From Chiloscyllium plagiosum (taxonomy: Eukaryota), in contig NC_057750.1 of assembly GCF_004010195.1 (NCBI RefSeq), positions 2,734,112 through 2,798,111 on the forward strand: DNA of 64,000 bases, read 5' to 3'. The notes under the pieces were generated by a model. It worked only from the letters and a program-made list of their open reading frames with translations. It searched no databases and was not told where the DNA came from. The position numbers and the translations under genes were made by a program. The number at the start of each line of letters is the position of its first letter. Positions within the stretch are counted from its first letter, which is position 1. Shown piece after piece: positions 50,403-61,954 of the stretch.

Positions 50403-51100
50403 GTCATCTCAAAGACAGTGAGGAATTCAGTGAATTTAATCTTAGCAAGGGTTAGAGTCAGTCTTAAAGTTCCCTGGATGAGACAGGGAAAGTCATTCAG
50501 TCCATGTATTCCATTTGGAATGTGAACGAGGTAGCCTCAATGGCTTCACTGGGCAGGGAATTCCACAGATTCACTGATAGTTACCTCATGAAAACGCACG
50601 CACTCTCTCAGATTAACGTATTGTTACAGATTACAGAAATTCAAGAGGATATAATGAAAACCCACAAACAAGGCAGTCAGAAAGAGACCAGTAGTGTCTG
50701 CAGTCTTGCCCCAGATCTGTGGAACAGTCTGACTGGGAGGTGAGTCAACAGGAGAGCTGCTGGGTGAAGGGGACAGTACTGGAGAGGCTAAAGTGGGAAC
50801 AGATTTCTGGGTGAACTAAAATTAATTTGCAAGTGATCCTGACTCCACCCATCGTCTGTGTTTCGCAGTGGGAACCTGATGCCCCTTGTAGTCAACTTGC
50901 AGCAACAAAGTCACCGCTAAAACCTGTAGGTTGTGGACAAATCATTGGAGGGTGCACCCAATCAACATTTAATACCTTCGGCAGAGAGAGGGGTAAATAA
51001 TCACTTTAGATTAATTTATTCTTTCATTGCCTGTCCTTAACTCTCTGGAGATGGTGGTGGTGAACTGCTGCAGTTCTTGGAATAAATACCAGACTCATGC

Positions 51101-51940
51101 CATTTGCAAGTTCGCTGATGACACCACCAATAGTTGGTTGAATCTCAGATGGCGACGAAACAGACTACAGACAGGAGGTGGAAGACCTGGAAAAATGGTG
51201 CACTGAGAACAACCTAGCTCTCAATGCTGGCAAAACGAAGGAACTCATTATTGACTTTCAGCAGGATGTTACTCATGCCCCCCCCTACACATTAACAGCA
51301 CTGGGGTGGAATGTGTGGAGAGTGTCAAGCTCCTGGGAGTGGTCACCCACAACAAGCTTTCTTGGACTCCTCATGTGGACGCACTGGTTACAAAGGCCCA
51401 ACAATTTCCCAGGCAGCTGAGGAAATTTGGCATGATGGCCAATACCCTTGCCAACTTTTATAGGTGCGCCATCGACAGCATTCTGTCTGGATGTATCACT
51501 ACCTGGTATGGCAACTGTACCATTCAAGAACGGAGACGGTTACAGAGAGTGGTGAACTTGGCCTGGACAATCACAAAGGCCAACCTCCCATCTATAGAAT
51601 CCAACTACCAGGCCCACTGTCAAGAAAAGGCCGCCAGCATTCTCAAAGATCCATCCCACCCTGGCAATGTTTTTCTACAACCTCTACCATCGGGGAGAAG
51701 GTACAGAAGCCTGAACACACGCACCAACTGGTTTCAAAACAGTTTCTACCCGACTGTTGTTAGAATACTGAATGGACTCACAAACTCTTAACATTCGCCT
51801 GTACCTGTGTTTTTGTTTTTGCTGCTGTTTACCTATTATTTACTTACCAATGCTCCTTAACTCTGTGATCTGCCTGTATTGCTCACAAGACAAAGCTTTT
51901 CACTGTGTCTCAGTACACGTGACAATAAATTCAATTCAAT
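51101..51940 (+). mobile_element. Rex1/Babar-clade LINE 3' fragment
   Basis: KFADDTT, WCTENNLALNAGKTKELIIDF, FYRCAIDSILSGCITTWYGNCT and KDPSHPG...LPSGRRYRSL..RT...NSFYP. The tail is CACGTGACAATAAATTCAATTCAAT. Confidence 0.85.
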
Positions 51941-51961
51941 GGGGACATCGCCAGTGCTCTT

Positions 51962-52385
51962 AGAGAGTTTTCTGGATGGTTGAGGTCACAGGTTTGGAAG
52001 GCGCTGTCTGAGGATCTTTGGTGAGTTTCTGCAGGACATCTTGTAGATAGGATAAAGAACAAAGAAAATTTACAACCCAGGAACAGACCGTTCGGCCCTC
52101 CAAGCCTGTGCTGATCCAAAAACATTAGATGGTACACACTGCTGCTACTGAGCATTGATGGAGGAGGGAGTGGGTGTTTGTGGATGTGGTGCCAATCAAG
52201 TGGGGGGGGGGGCTGCTTTGTCCTGGATGGTGTTGAGCTTCTTGAGTGTTGTTGGAGCTGCCCCCATCCAGGCAAGAGGGGAGTATTCCCTCACACTCCT
52301 GACTTGTGCCTTGTAGTTGTGGACAGGCTTTGAGGAGTCAGGAGGGGGGGTTACTCGCTGCAGGATTCCCAGCCTCTGACCTGAC
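51962..52385 (-). mobile_element. Fragment of the same CR1/L2-group LINE; 3' ends also at 4775-4955 (-) and 49053-49350 (+)
   Basis: YKAQVRSVREYSPLAWMGAAPTTLKKLNTIQDKAA. Similar to 42530-42790. Confidence 0.75.
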
Positions 52386-53299
52386 ATTTTCTGACAATAT
52401 TGTCACAAATGAATGATTGGGCTATAGAGTGTGAAATGACGATGGAACAGGGTTCCCAGTAGAGACTAAGAAAGGATTTATTCAATTGAGGAATCAGTGG
52501 TCCTGACCTCATGGTTCAAGGCTAAAGAGCATGAACTGGAAAGCGGGGTTTAGCTGGATAGACTCAATGGGCTGAATGGCCTCCTTCTGTGTTGTAAATT
52601 TCTATAAGATATGACAAGAGTGGAAGAAGATTCAGTAAGTCAGGCCAGGAGTAGTTTGAAAACTCCAGCACTTCCATTAATTATATGCTCAGTGTGGCAC
52701 AACACAGAGACTGGGGAGTTCATTTAAGGTGTTCCTTGTGTGTTTAGAAGGACAGGGAGTGAACGAGAGATTGCAATCGGACACAGTCCGGAAGGCACCC
52801 ACCGTGCTACTGAGGTTACTCTGGATGTTCCAGGTGACAGAAGATGCACTAAACCTTTTCTCCCAGCCTGCCTGTCTGCCTCTCGAATCAGAGCTGTGAG
52901 GGGGAGAGGTCTCAACACACAGCGAGAGAGGCTTTAAGTGTCAGGGAAGAGGTCACTGTGCTCTGTGACTGTTGTCGATATGTCCGCCTGACTGGTTCCA
53001 AAGCAGAGCTGCCTACAACTGGCTGCACCCGAGAGCTTCTTACCCACCCTCCTCCGGTTTGTAGCGTCCCCCTCCCTGTCAGGTCTGGCCGGGGCTCGGT
53101 ATTTCACCCCCACCCCACAGGGCTCATTCCACACAGTGCATGCCCTGTCAGCAAGTGTCATCCAGTGATCTGAGCGGGAGACACGGCTGAAAAATCCAAA
53201 ACCCAGCACTCAGGGCAAGTCTTTCACAGTTAGGGTAGGACCCTCATCTGGGACAGAAGACCTTGAGCAGAGGGAGGCCATTCAGGCCATCAGGTCTGC

Positions 53300-53661
53300 T
53301 AGAATCATAGAATCCCTACAGTGTGCAAGCAGGTCTTTCAGCCCATTAAGTCCATACCAACCTTCTGAAGAGCATCCCACCCAGACCCACTCCCCTACCC
53401 TATCCCTGAAACCCTGCATTCAATGTGGCTAATTCACCCAGCCTGCACATCCCTGAACACTATGGGCAATTTCCCACAGCCAATCCACCCTGAACAGCAC
53501 ATCTTCGGACTGTGGGAGGAAACTGGAGCAACCGGAGGAAATCCACGTAGACATGGGGAGAATGTGCAAACTCCACACAGACAGTCACCCAAGGGATGGA
53601 ATCAGACCTGGCTCCCTGGCGGTGTGAGGTAGCAGTGCTAACCACTGAGCCACTCTGCCGT
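53300..53661 (-). mobile_element. HE1-like V-SINE
   Basis: Same head, core and tail as the other copies. Confidence 0.88.
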
Positions 53662-54254
53662 CATAATTACTGCACCATTCAGTGAGATCTGATCATCAGG
53701 AGTGGGGCTGATTCTCTCTAGCTCTCCTGCCAGTCCAGGGCCGCAGATGGTTAACTCTACACAGCCTGGGAATCAAACCCGAAAATTCCTTTCCTGTGTA
53801 CAAGCCTTAGGGAGAGCACTGACAGTCAATGCAGATTGACACGGCAGCCCTCTTTGTCGCACGTTGGGCAGCCTCTCGGGGCTGCATTCAGCAGCAGCAG
53901 TCACGCACTGTTAACTCACCCACCTTAGGCAGAGAGTGCTGTTTGACTGTAGAAGCATCACAGCTAAATTGAACCATTCTTTCCTTCAGGGAGTTGAACA
54001 TAGAATGGTTCTGGTCAGCTTGACCCAGAACCATTCCATTTCGAACAGCGTGACTAGGGAATCTTTCATTATTGCTGATACACTATGACCTAACAGCAAA
54101 CACAAATTAACACCGGACTGTGATAAACATAAATAAATATTTACAATTACAATTGTAATCTGAATTATGTGTAACATTTCTGAGTCCTGTGCACACTCAA
54201 GCCCACATGTGTCAGCAGTGATCCTAGTTTCTCTATTCAAATCCCACTCAAGTT

Positions 54255-56085
54255 ACGAGTTAGCTAGGAAAGACCGAAAGAGAGAGCTAAGAAGAGCCAG
54301 AAGGGGACATGAGAAGTTGTTGGCAGATAGGATCAAGGAAAACCCGAAAGCTTTCTCTAGGGGGTATATCAGGAATAGAGGAATGACGAGGGCCGATCAA
54401 GGACAGTAGTGGGAAGTTGTGCGTGGAGTCTAGGAGATATTGGAAGTGTTAAGTGAATATTTTTTGCCAGTATTCACACTGGAAAAAGACAATGTTATTG
54501 AGGCTACTCGACTAGACAGAATTGAGTTTCTCAAGGAGGAGGTTTTAGCAATTCTTGAAAATGTGAAAATAGATAAGCCCCCTGGGCCAGATGGGATTTA
54601 TCCTCGGATTCTCTGGGAAGCCAGGGAGGAGATTGACAAGTCTTTGGCTTTGATCTTTACGTCATCATTGTCTACAGGAATAGGGCCAGAAGACTGAAGG
54701 ATAGCAAATGTTGTTCCCTTGTTCAAGAAGGGGAGTAGAGACAACCCTGGTAATTATGAACCAGTGAGCCTTACTTCGTTTATGGGTAAAGTGTTGGAAA
54801 AGTTTATAAGAGAGAGGATTTATAATCATCTAGAGAGGAAGAAGTTGATTAGGGATAGTCAACACAGTTTTGTGAAGGTTAGATCATGCAACACAAACCT
54901 TTTTGAGTTCTTTGAGATTGTGACCAAACAGGTGGATGAGGGTAAAGTAGTTGATGTGGTGTATGTGGATTTCAGTATGACATTTGATAAGGTTCCCTAT
55001 GGTAGGTTATTGCACAAAACATGGAGGCATGGGATTGAGGGTGATTAGCAGTTTGATCAGAAATTGGCTAGCTGAAAGAAGACAGAGGGTGGTGGTTGAT
55101 GGGAAATATTTATCCTGGAGTTCAGTTACTAGTGCTGTACTGCAAGGATTTGTTTTGGGGCCACTGCTGTTTGTCATTTTTATAAATGACCTAAATGAAG
55201 GTGTAGAAGGATGGGTTAGTAAATTTGCAGATGACACTAAGGTTGAGTTATAGGTAGTGCAGAAGGATGTTGTAGGTTACAGAACTGGGCTGAGAGGTGG
55301 CAAATGGAGTTTAATGTGGACAATTGTGAGGTGATTCACTTTGGAAGGAGCAACATGAATAAAGAGTAGTGGGCTAATGGTAAGATTCTTGGTAGTGTAG
55401 ATGAGCAGAGAGATCTTGGTGTCCATGTGCATAGACCCCTGAAAGTTGCCAACCAAGTTAATAGGGTTGTTAAGGAGGCATACAGTGTGTTAGCTTTATT
55501 TGGTAGAGGGATTGAGTTTTGGAGCCATGAGATCATGTTGCAGCTGTACAAAACTCTGGTGTGGCCGCACTTGGAGTATTGCGTACAGTACTGGAAGGAT
55601 GTGGAAGTGTTGGAAAGGGTTCAGAAGAGATTTACAAGGAAGTTGCCTGGTATGGTGGAAGGTCTTATGAGGAAAGGCTGAGGGATTTTAGGCTGTTTTC
55701 GTTAGAGAGAAGGTTGAGAGGTAACTTAATTGAGACGTATAAGATAATCAGAGAGTTAGATAGGATGGACGGTGAGAGCCTTTTTCCTCAGATGGTGATG
55801 GCTAGCACGAGGGGAAATAGCTCTAAATTGAGGGGTGATAGATATAGGACAGATGTCAGAGGTAGTTTGTTACTCAGAGAATAGTAGGGGTGTGGAATGC
55901 ACTGCCCTGCAACAGTAGTAGACTCGCCAACTTTAGAGGCATTTAATTGGCCATTGGATAAACATATGAACGTACATGGAGTAGTGTAGGTTAGATGGGC
56001 TTCAGATTGGTTTCATAGGTCGGCGCAATATTGCGGGCCGAGGGGCCTGTACTGCGCTGTGCTATCATGCCCTATGCTCTATGTT
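54255..56085 (+). mobile_element. CR1 LINE, about 1.8-kb truncated copy with an RT domain
   Basis: KPPGPDGIYPRIL, KKGSRDNPGNYEPVSLTS, VLGPLLFVIFINDL, SKFADDTK and PHLEYCVQ. The 3' UTR ends in CTATGTTC. Confidence 0.92.
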
Positions 56086-56294
56086 CCACAGTCTTGAGTG
56101 GAATGTCCAGGCTCACACTCCCATTGTTGGGATAAATCAATGATCAGTCGGGGATCAAGGGTTGCGGGATCAAAACAGGAAAGTGGACGTGAGAAATATG
56201 GGGTCGGCGATGATCCTATTGAATGGCGGAGGAGACTCAAGCGGCCGAATGGCCTACTCCAGATCCTAATTCTGGTGGTCATACCCTTTTAACT

Positions 56295-56640
56295 ACTGAG
56301 GGTAAGCTGCACTGGCAAAGATGTTGCCTTTTCTTTAACAAGGCATTAAGCCGTTTGGTCTTTCATGTAGATGCAAGATATTCTGTGTCATTAATTTTAA
56401 AAGATAAGGGCATTATCACAGGGTCCTGGACAATATTTATCTCTCAATCAATATCAGAAAGATGTTTCAATGTTATATCCCTTTGCTGTTTGTGGGAGCT
56501 CACTGTGCAGAAACTGGCTGCTGGTTTCCCTGTATATTACAACAGGGACTACACTTGGAAAGCACTTCAATAGCTGTAATCTGCTTTTGAACAAGTCCAG
56601 TTGTGAAAGGCACTATAGCAATGCAAGTCCATCTCTGTCT
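56295..56640 (+). mobile_element. Deu-domain SINE-like element (SacSINE1/AmnSINE1-related)
   Basis: GTCCTGGACAATATTTATCTCTCAATCAA...TTGCTGTTTGTGGGAGCTCACTGTGCAGAAACTGGCTGC...GTGAAAGGCACTATAGCAATGCAAGTC resembles the DeuSINE body as I recall it. Confidence 0.6.
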
Positions 56641-57214
56641 CTCCTTTACGATCAGGCTTTCTATGATTTTGGCAATGGCAAAAGTTTTGTTGCATTTCCA
56701 GTGACTGGGCATTCCGAATATGTACAGTGTAGATGGCCTGGCCCTTTAAGATTGCAAAGTGTCTTTTTAAAGTAATATTCTTCAATTACAGGTTCATTGA
56801 CAATTATAGGTTCGGAGAAGTTTTGTGATTGGTAGAATAATTTTAAAAATTTTGGCTTAAGTTTAAAAGAAACCAATTAGAGAGTCATAGAGTTATAAAG
56901 CATGGAAAGAGATCCTTCAGTCCAACCAGTTCATGCTGACCATGTTCCCAAACTGAATGAGTCCCATCTGCCTGCACTTGCCCCATATTCCTCCAATTCT
57001 TTCCTTTTCATGAACTTATCCAAATATCTTTTAAACATTGTCACTGTACTTGCATCTGCTCTTCAGCCTACCCTGAGGTTTGGGAGTGTTGTGGTCATAC
57101 CCTAGAAGTAGCATTTGTAATTGTACCTGTGATGTCAAGCATTAGATGTGGTTCTACTATTGAATAGCATTTAGTAAATAATTCCAACTACACCAATAAT
57201 TACAATGGATTATG

Positions 57215-57766
57215 AATGTAGGTTCACTTTCAGACATTTCGTCACCATACTAGGCAACATCTTCAGTGAGCCTCTGGTGATGTAGCCAGCTTTCTATTAT
57301 ATGTTTGGGTTTCCTTGGGTTGGTGATGTCATTTCCTGTGGTGATTCATTTCATATGGTGATGTCATTTCCTGTTCTTTTTCTCAGGAGGTGGTAAATGG
57401 GATTCAAGTGAACATGTTTGCTGATAGAGTTCTGGTTGGAATGCCATGCTTCTCGGAATTAGAATTCCTAGAAGCATTGCATTTGAACCAGAACTCTATT
57501 AATAAACACATTGACTTCGATCCCATTTACCACCCCCTGAGAAAAAGAACAGGAAATGAGTCACCACAGGAAATGACATCACCAACCCAAAGAAACCCAG
57601 ATATATAAATAGAAAGCGGGCTACACCACCAATGCTTCATCCAGAGGTTCACTGAACATGTTACCTAGTATGGGTGACGAAACGTCTGAAACTGAACCTC
57701 CCAGCACAGCAAGCAAACCTACATCCAAAACTTCAACCTGAGCTACAAATCTTCTCAAAACTCGCT
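57215..57766. mobile_element. PLE family C inverted-repeat element with two hammerhead motifs
   Basis: ORF 57390-57608 includes EFLEALHLNQNSINKHIDFDPIYHPLR. Hammerheads at 57230-57269 (-, near intact) and 57648-57690 (+, G8C). Confidence 0.75.
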
Positions 57767-57988
57767 CTCACTAGAATCTGATTTAAGATTATCAGAGTTG
57801 TAGGGGGATTCATTTTGGTGTGCTAGAAACCATAGTTATCCACATGTTACACAACTGTAACTGAGTAAATGTTGTTGCAATCTCTATCACTTGTCCATCA
57901 CTTGTTTAAAAGCGACCTTCTGATTTAAATTAGTCAGTTCATGAAAACCGTCAATGGTTCCTATTATGTTTCAATGCCAACCACAGAC

Positions 57989-58252
57989 ATAGAGTCATAG
58001 AGGTGTACAGCATGGTAACAGACCCTTCGATCCAACCCGTCCATGCTGACCAGATATCCCAACCCAATCTAGTCCCACCTTCCAGCACCCAGTCCATATC
58101 CCTCCAAACCCTTCCTATTCATATCCCCATCCAAATGCCTCTTAAATGTTGCAATTGTACCAGCCTCCATCACTTCCTCTGGCAGCTCATTCCACACACG
58201 TACTACCCTCTGCGTGAAAACGTTGCCCCTTAGGACTCTTTTATATCTTTCT
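57989..58252 (-). mobile_element. CR1 3' end; similar short copies at 31480-31712, 48162-48250 and 56880-57058
   Basis: CATAGAGTCATAGAG tail followed by GACCCTTCGATCCAAC...CCCTCCAAACCCTTCCTATTCATAT. Confidence 0.85.
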
Positions 58253-58279
58253 CAACCAACCAATCAGCAACAACAACAA

Positions 58280-58868
58280 CAAAAAATGCTGGTAAAACTC
58301 AGCAGGTTTGTGCAGAGAAATCAGAGTTAATGACCCTTTCTCAGAACTCGTGGTAGCTAGGAAAATGTCAGATTATGTACAGGAGATCGGGTGGGGGGTA
58401 GGAGGATGGAGTGAACAATAGGTGCCCAAAGAGAGAGAAGAACAGTTGGACAGATGGAGTGGGTAATGATCTGGCTAGGAGGGCGAATAGCTAATAATGA
58501 GGACAGTTAGTGGCTAACAATGGGTTGTGTGTAATAGGAGACTATATGATAACAAGAACATAAATTATTGGAAAAGCTCAGCAGGTCTAGCAGCATCACT
58601 GGAGAGAAATTAGAGTTAATGGTTTGAGCTCAGTGACCCTTCCTTGGGTTCTGAGGGTCACACAACCTGCAATGTTAACTCTGATTTCTCTTCAAAGATG
58701 CTGCCAGACCTGCTGAGCTTTTCTGGCAATTTCTGTTTTTGTTTCTGATTTACAGCATCCACAGTCCTTTCGGTTTTTATGTCATAACAAGACCTGGCAT
58801 GTGGGGCTTGGAGTAAGGACATGGGAGAGCCCAAGCCCTCAACTAATTGAACTCGATATTGAGTCTGG
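58280..58868 (-). mobile_element. PLE 3' fragment containing a nested family D fold-back element (about 58560-58783)
   Basis: The minus strand near 58830-58866 reads like the PLE endonuclease C-terminal motif LNIEFN. The inner element is an imperfect inverted repeat flanked by ATAACAAGA duplications. Confidence 0.6.
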
Positions 58869-59665
58869 GATTAGCATCCTGTCCACAAGTTGTTTAAATT
58901 GTTGTTTCCCATCTAAGTTTGATTTCTTGCCTTGCCATCCTGATGATTGTGGAATGAAAAACTTCCAATTCATATCTCCTTTTAACACCACTCACACTGG
59001 GCACCACCAAACAACCAGATGGAGTTCAATAGGTTCTGAAGTGCACGAGTCCATTGTGAAGACAATCAAGGTATTAATTTATTTAAAACGATTTGAAAGA
59101 AAGTGTTTTGTGTTAACAGTGGTCACCAGGGAGTCTGATCAGCTGAGGGTCGGATGTGTCTGGAATCTCTCAGTGTACTTTCCAAGGTCAGAGCTCTGCC
59201 AACAGTGAAATTTTACGAGGGAAACAGGGAGACAGATTGGAAATGCATTGACACATGGGGAGATGTGTTTATACAATGGGCCCTGTTTTTTTAACAGCAA
59301 AATCACCAGCGTCACTAAAAATAAATGAGGAACAACTGGTCTGTCAGCATTTTCTGAATTGCGTTCCTCGCAGTAGTGAACGCTGCAGGTGTTCAGTTCA
59401 TTAATACTTGTTTCCTCGCTGCCTGCGTCCCACACCTCTCTCCCCCCCCCCCCCCCCCCCACCAGACTCCTCCAATCTGTTCAACTCTTTAAGCCTTCAT
59501 TGTCCCCCAGAGACGCAGCACCATGTCAATTTGCCGTGCCTTTGATGTTGGAGGAAGATCAATGAAAGCTGTCTGGGCTGGCAAGAGGCAGCCAGAGCAT
59601 GGATTTGCGCAGTCTCACCGATTACTAGGTTAAAGAGCATAACCTTGCTGCTGACTCTCACTGAG

Positions 59666-59860
59666 TTAAAAATCACACAATGCCAGGTGATAGTCCAACA
59701 GGTTTAATTGGAAGCACTATAGCTTCCAATTGACAACTACCTGATGAAGGAGCGTCGCTCCGAAAGCTAGTGCTTCCAATTAAACCTGTGGGACTATAAC
59801 CTGGCATTGTGTGATTTTTAACTTTGTACACCCCAGCCCAACACCGACATCTCCAAATCG
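59666..59860 (+). mobile_element. PLE family B fold-back element with an intact hammerhead (59738-59772)
   Basis: TAC-CTGATGA-A-GGAGC(GTC)GCTCC-GAAA-G-CTA-GTG. Perfect 14-bp TSD TGACTCTCACTGAG at 59652-59665 and 59861-59874. Confidence 0.8.
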
Positions 59861-60200
59861 TGACTCTCACTGAGATTATGTGCAGAGTTAGACGTGTGAC
59901 CCTCTTCTGGTTGCCTCCCTATATCTGAGGCAGGAAGCTAACTTTGAGTCTTACCTGCTCCAGAGAAGTGGCATTATATCTCTGAACAGGTCACTTCGAA
60001 AAATACCTCTGCAAGGATGGACCGCAACAAGTCACTGATATACTGGGGATCAGTGGGAGAACTGATCTCCAGTAAATCAGTGGCTTGTTGGAGTGGCCCA
60101 TCTTAGCTCATACATGCAGAAGTCCCCGAGAGTTCCCTGTCATGATTCAACATAAATTTGAATTTAAATTCCACCAACGTTTGCCAGACGGGGGGGAGAG

Positions 60201-60375
60201 AGAGCTGAAAATGTGTTGCTGGAAAAGCGCAGCAGGTCAGGCAGCATCCAGGGAGCAGGAGAATCGACGTTTCGGGCATAAGCCCTTCTTCAGGAATGCT
60301 GCCTGACCTGCTGCGCTTTTCCAGCAACACATTTTCAGCTCTGATCTCCAGCATCTGCAGACCTCACTTTCTCCT
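60201..60375. mobile_element. PLE family A fold-back element with an intact hammerhead on the minus strand (60261-60297)
   Basis: Perfect 47-bp inverted repeat (60201-60247 / 60296-60342). The spacer reads ATTCCTGAAGAAGGGCTTATGCCCGAAACGTCGATTC on the minus strand. Confidence 0.8.
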
Positions 60376-61954
60376 CCCGGGAGGAGAGAGAGGGAGAGGG
60401 ATTTCAGGGAGGCTTTCCAGGGTTTGTGAGTTGGTGGAGAGAGACGGTGGTGAAGTGATAATGTCACTGGCTTAGGAATTGAAACACTCCGACTAATTCT
60501 CTGGGAATATGGATTCAAATCCCACCACAAGAGCTGGTAAATTGTTAATTTCAAATACACCTGTAACTAAAAGCCAACCTCAGAGATGATGACCCCATGA
60601 AACTATCATCAATTGCTGTAAAAACCCATCTGGGTCACTAATGTCCTTTAGGGAAGGAAATCCACTATCTTTACCCCGTGTGGCCTACATGTGACTCCAG
60701 ACCCACAGCAGTGTGGTTGATTCTTCGCTGCCCGGGGCAATTAGAAATGGACAGAAAATGTTGGGGGCTATCCGACAACGCCCGCATCCCTTGGATAAAT
60801 GGCGAGTTGGTAAAATAAGAATACATTTACAAAATAACTGACCAAAAATCCAGAGGAGAGTGTGAAGTATAATTATTTCACACAGAAGGCTAGTATGCAA
60901 CATATAAAGGATGACAGAGTTAGATTCCATAGGATATTGTGAAAAGTAATCTGATATGTTCTTGGAGGATTTGGGGCAAGAGTAAGGGTTTGGGATTAAA
61001 TTGGGCAGCTTTGATGTCAGTAACTAAGGGGTGACAATTTCTGGATTGTCAGCACAGGAGCCAGGAGTGAGAGGAAGAGAAGCTACTTTATTTGAGAGTT
61101 GTTTAGGATTTGGAATGTGCTGCCTGGGAGAGAGGTGGAGGCAGATTCCATCGGAGATTTCAAAAGAGATCTGGATATATATTGGAAAGTGATGAGGTTA
61201 GAGGGCGACACAGCTGGGCTGGGAGAGTGGGACTAGATGGATAGCTCTGTCAGGAGACAGTACAGGTACGAATCACCTCTTTATGTGCTGTAAAATTCTA
61301 TGATTCTCTTCTAAAGAACCAATGCAGGTATGTTGGGCTGAATGGCCTGTTTTGCTGTAAGATAGTATGATTTTGGAGACATGTCTTTTAATCTCTCCTG
61401 TCTGGCCTGAACGCCAGGTTTCAGATTTCTAAAGCAGTGATGTCTGACTTTGTGGCTCTATAAAATACCTCAGCAAGTCTCGATGACAAGATCTAGATAT
61501 GGTGCATAGACTCGCTGTCTTCAGGAAGAGAGGAAATTGGCAGTTAATGGAGGCAAGGAGGGGAGTGTTGGGTGGGAGAGGAGGAGGATTTTTGCTTTGG
61601 GTTGGGTGAGATGCGTTTTTCAGTCCCGAGGATGTGTCTCAACTGGCAGCGTGGGCAGTAGGCACTCCCTGTTGGGTTGTGTCAGATTGGATCAGTTGGT
61701 CTGAGACAGAGCATTCAAACTTCTCTTCTGGGCTGTTTAATTCAGGCTGAAAGTCAGTCTGCCTCTTCAAGTCGGTGTTACAGATCCCAGCTGGTAAATT
61801 ACTGGCGGTATCCTGAGCTGCCCTGGCCTAGTATGCTATCTGTGGGATCTTGCTATGTACCCCACCGCTGCAAATGTGTCATTGAGCCCAAGATCACACT
61901 TCCCTTTTGCATGGAAGGTGCATTTCCACGCAGCTGTCGAGCTAATAAACGAAC

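Noticed and set aside
59139..59462. Minus-strand ORF containing INELN, considered as a BH3-like motif
   Set aside because: It lacks the L-x-x-x-G/A-D BH3 consensus and starts in a poly-G tract.
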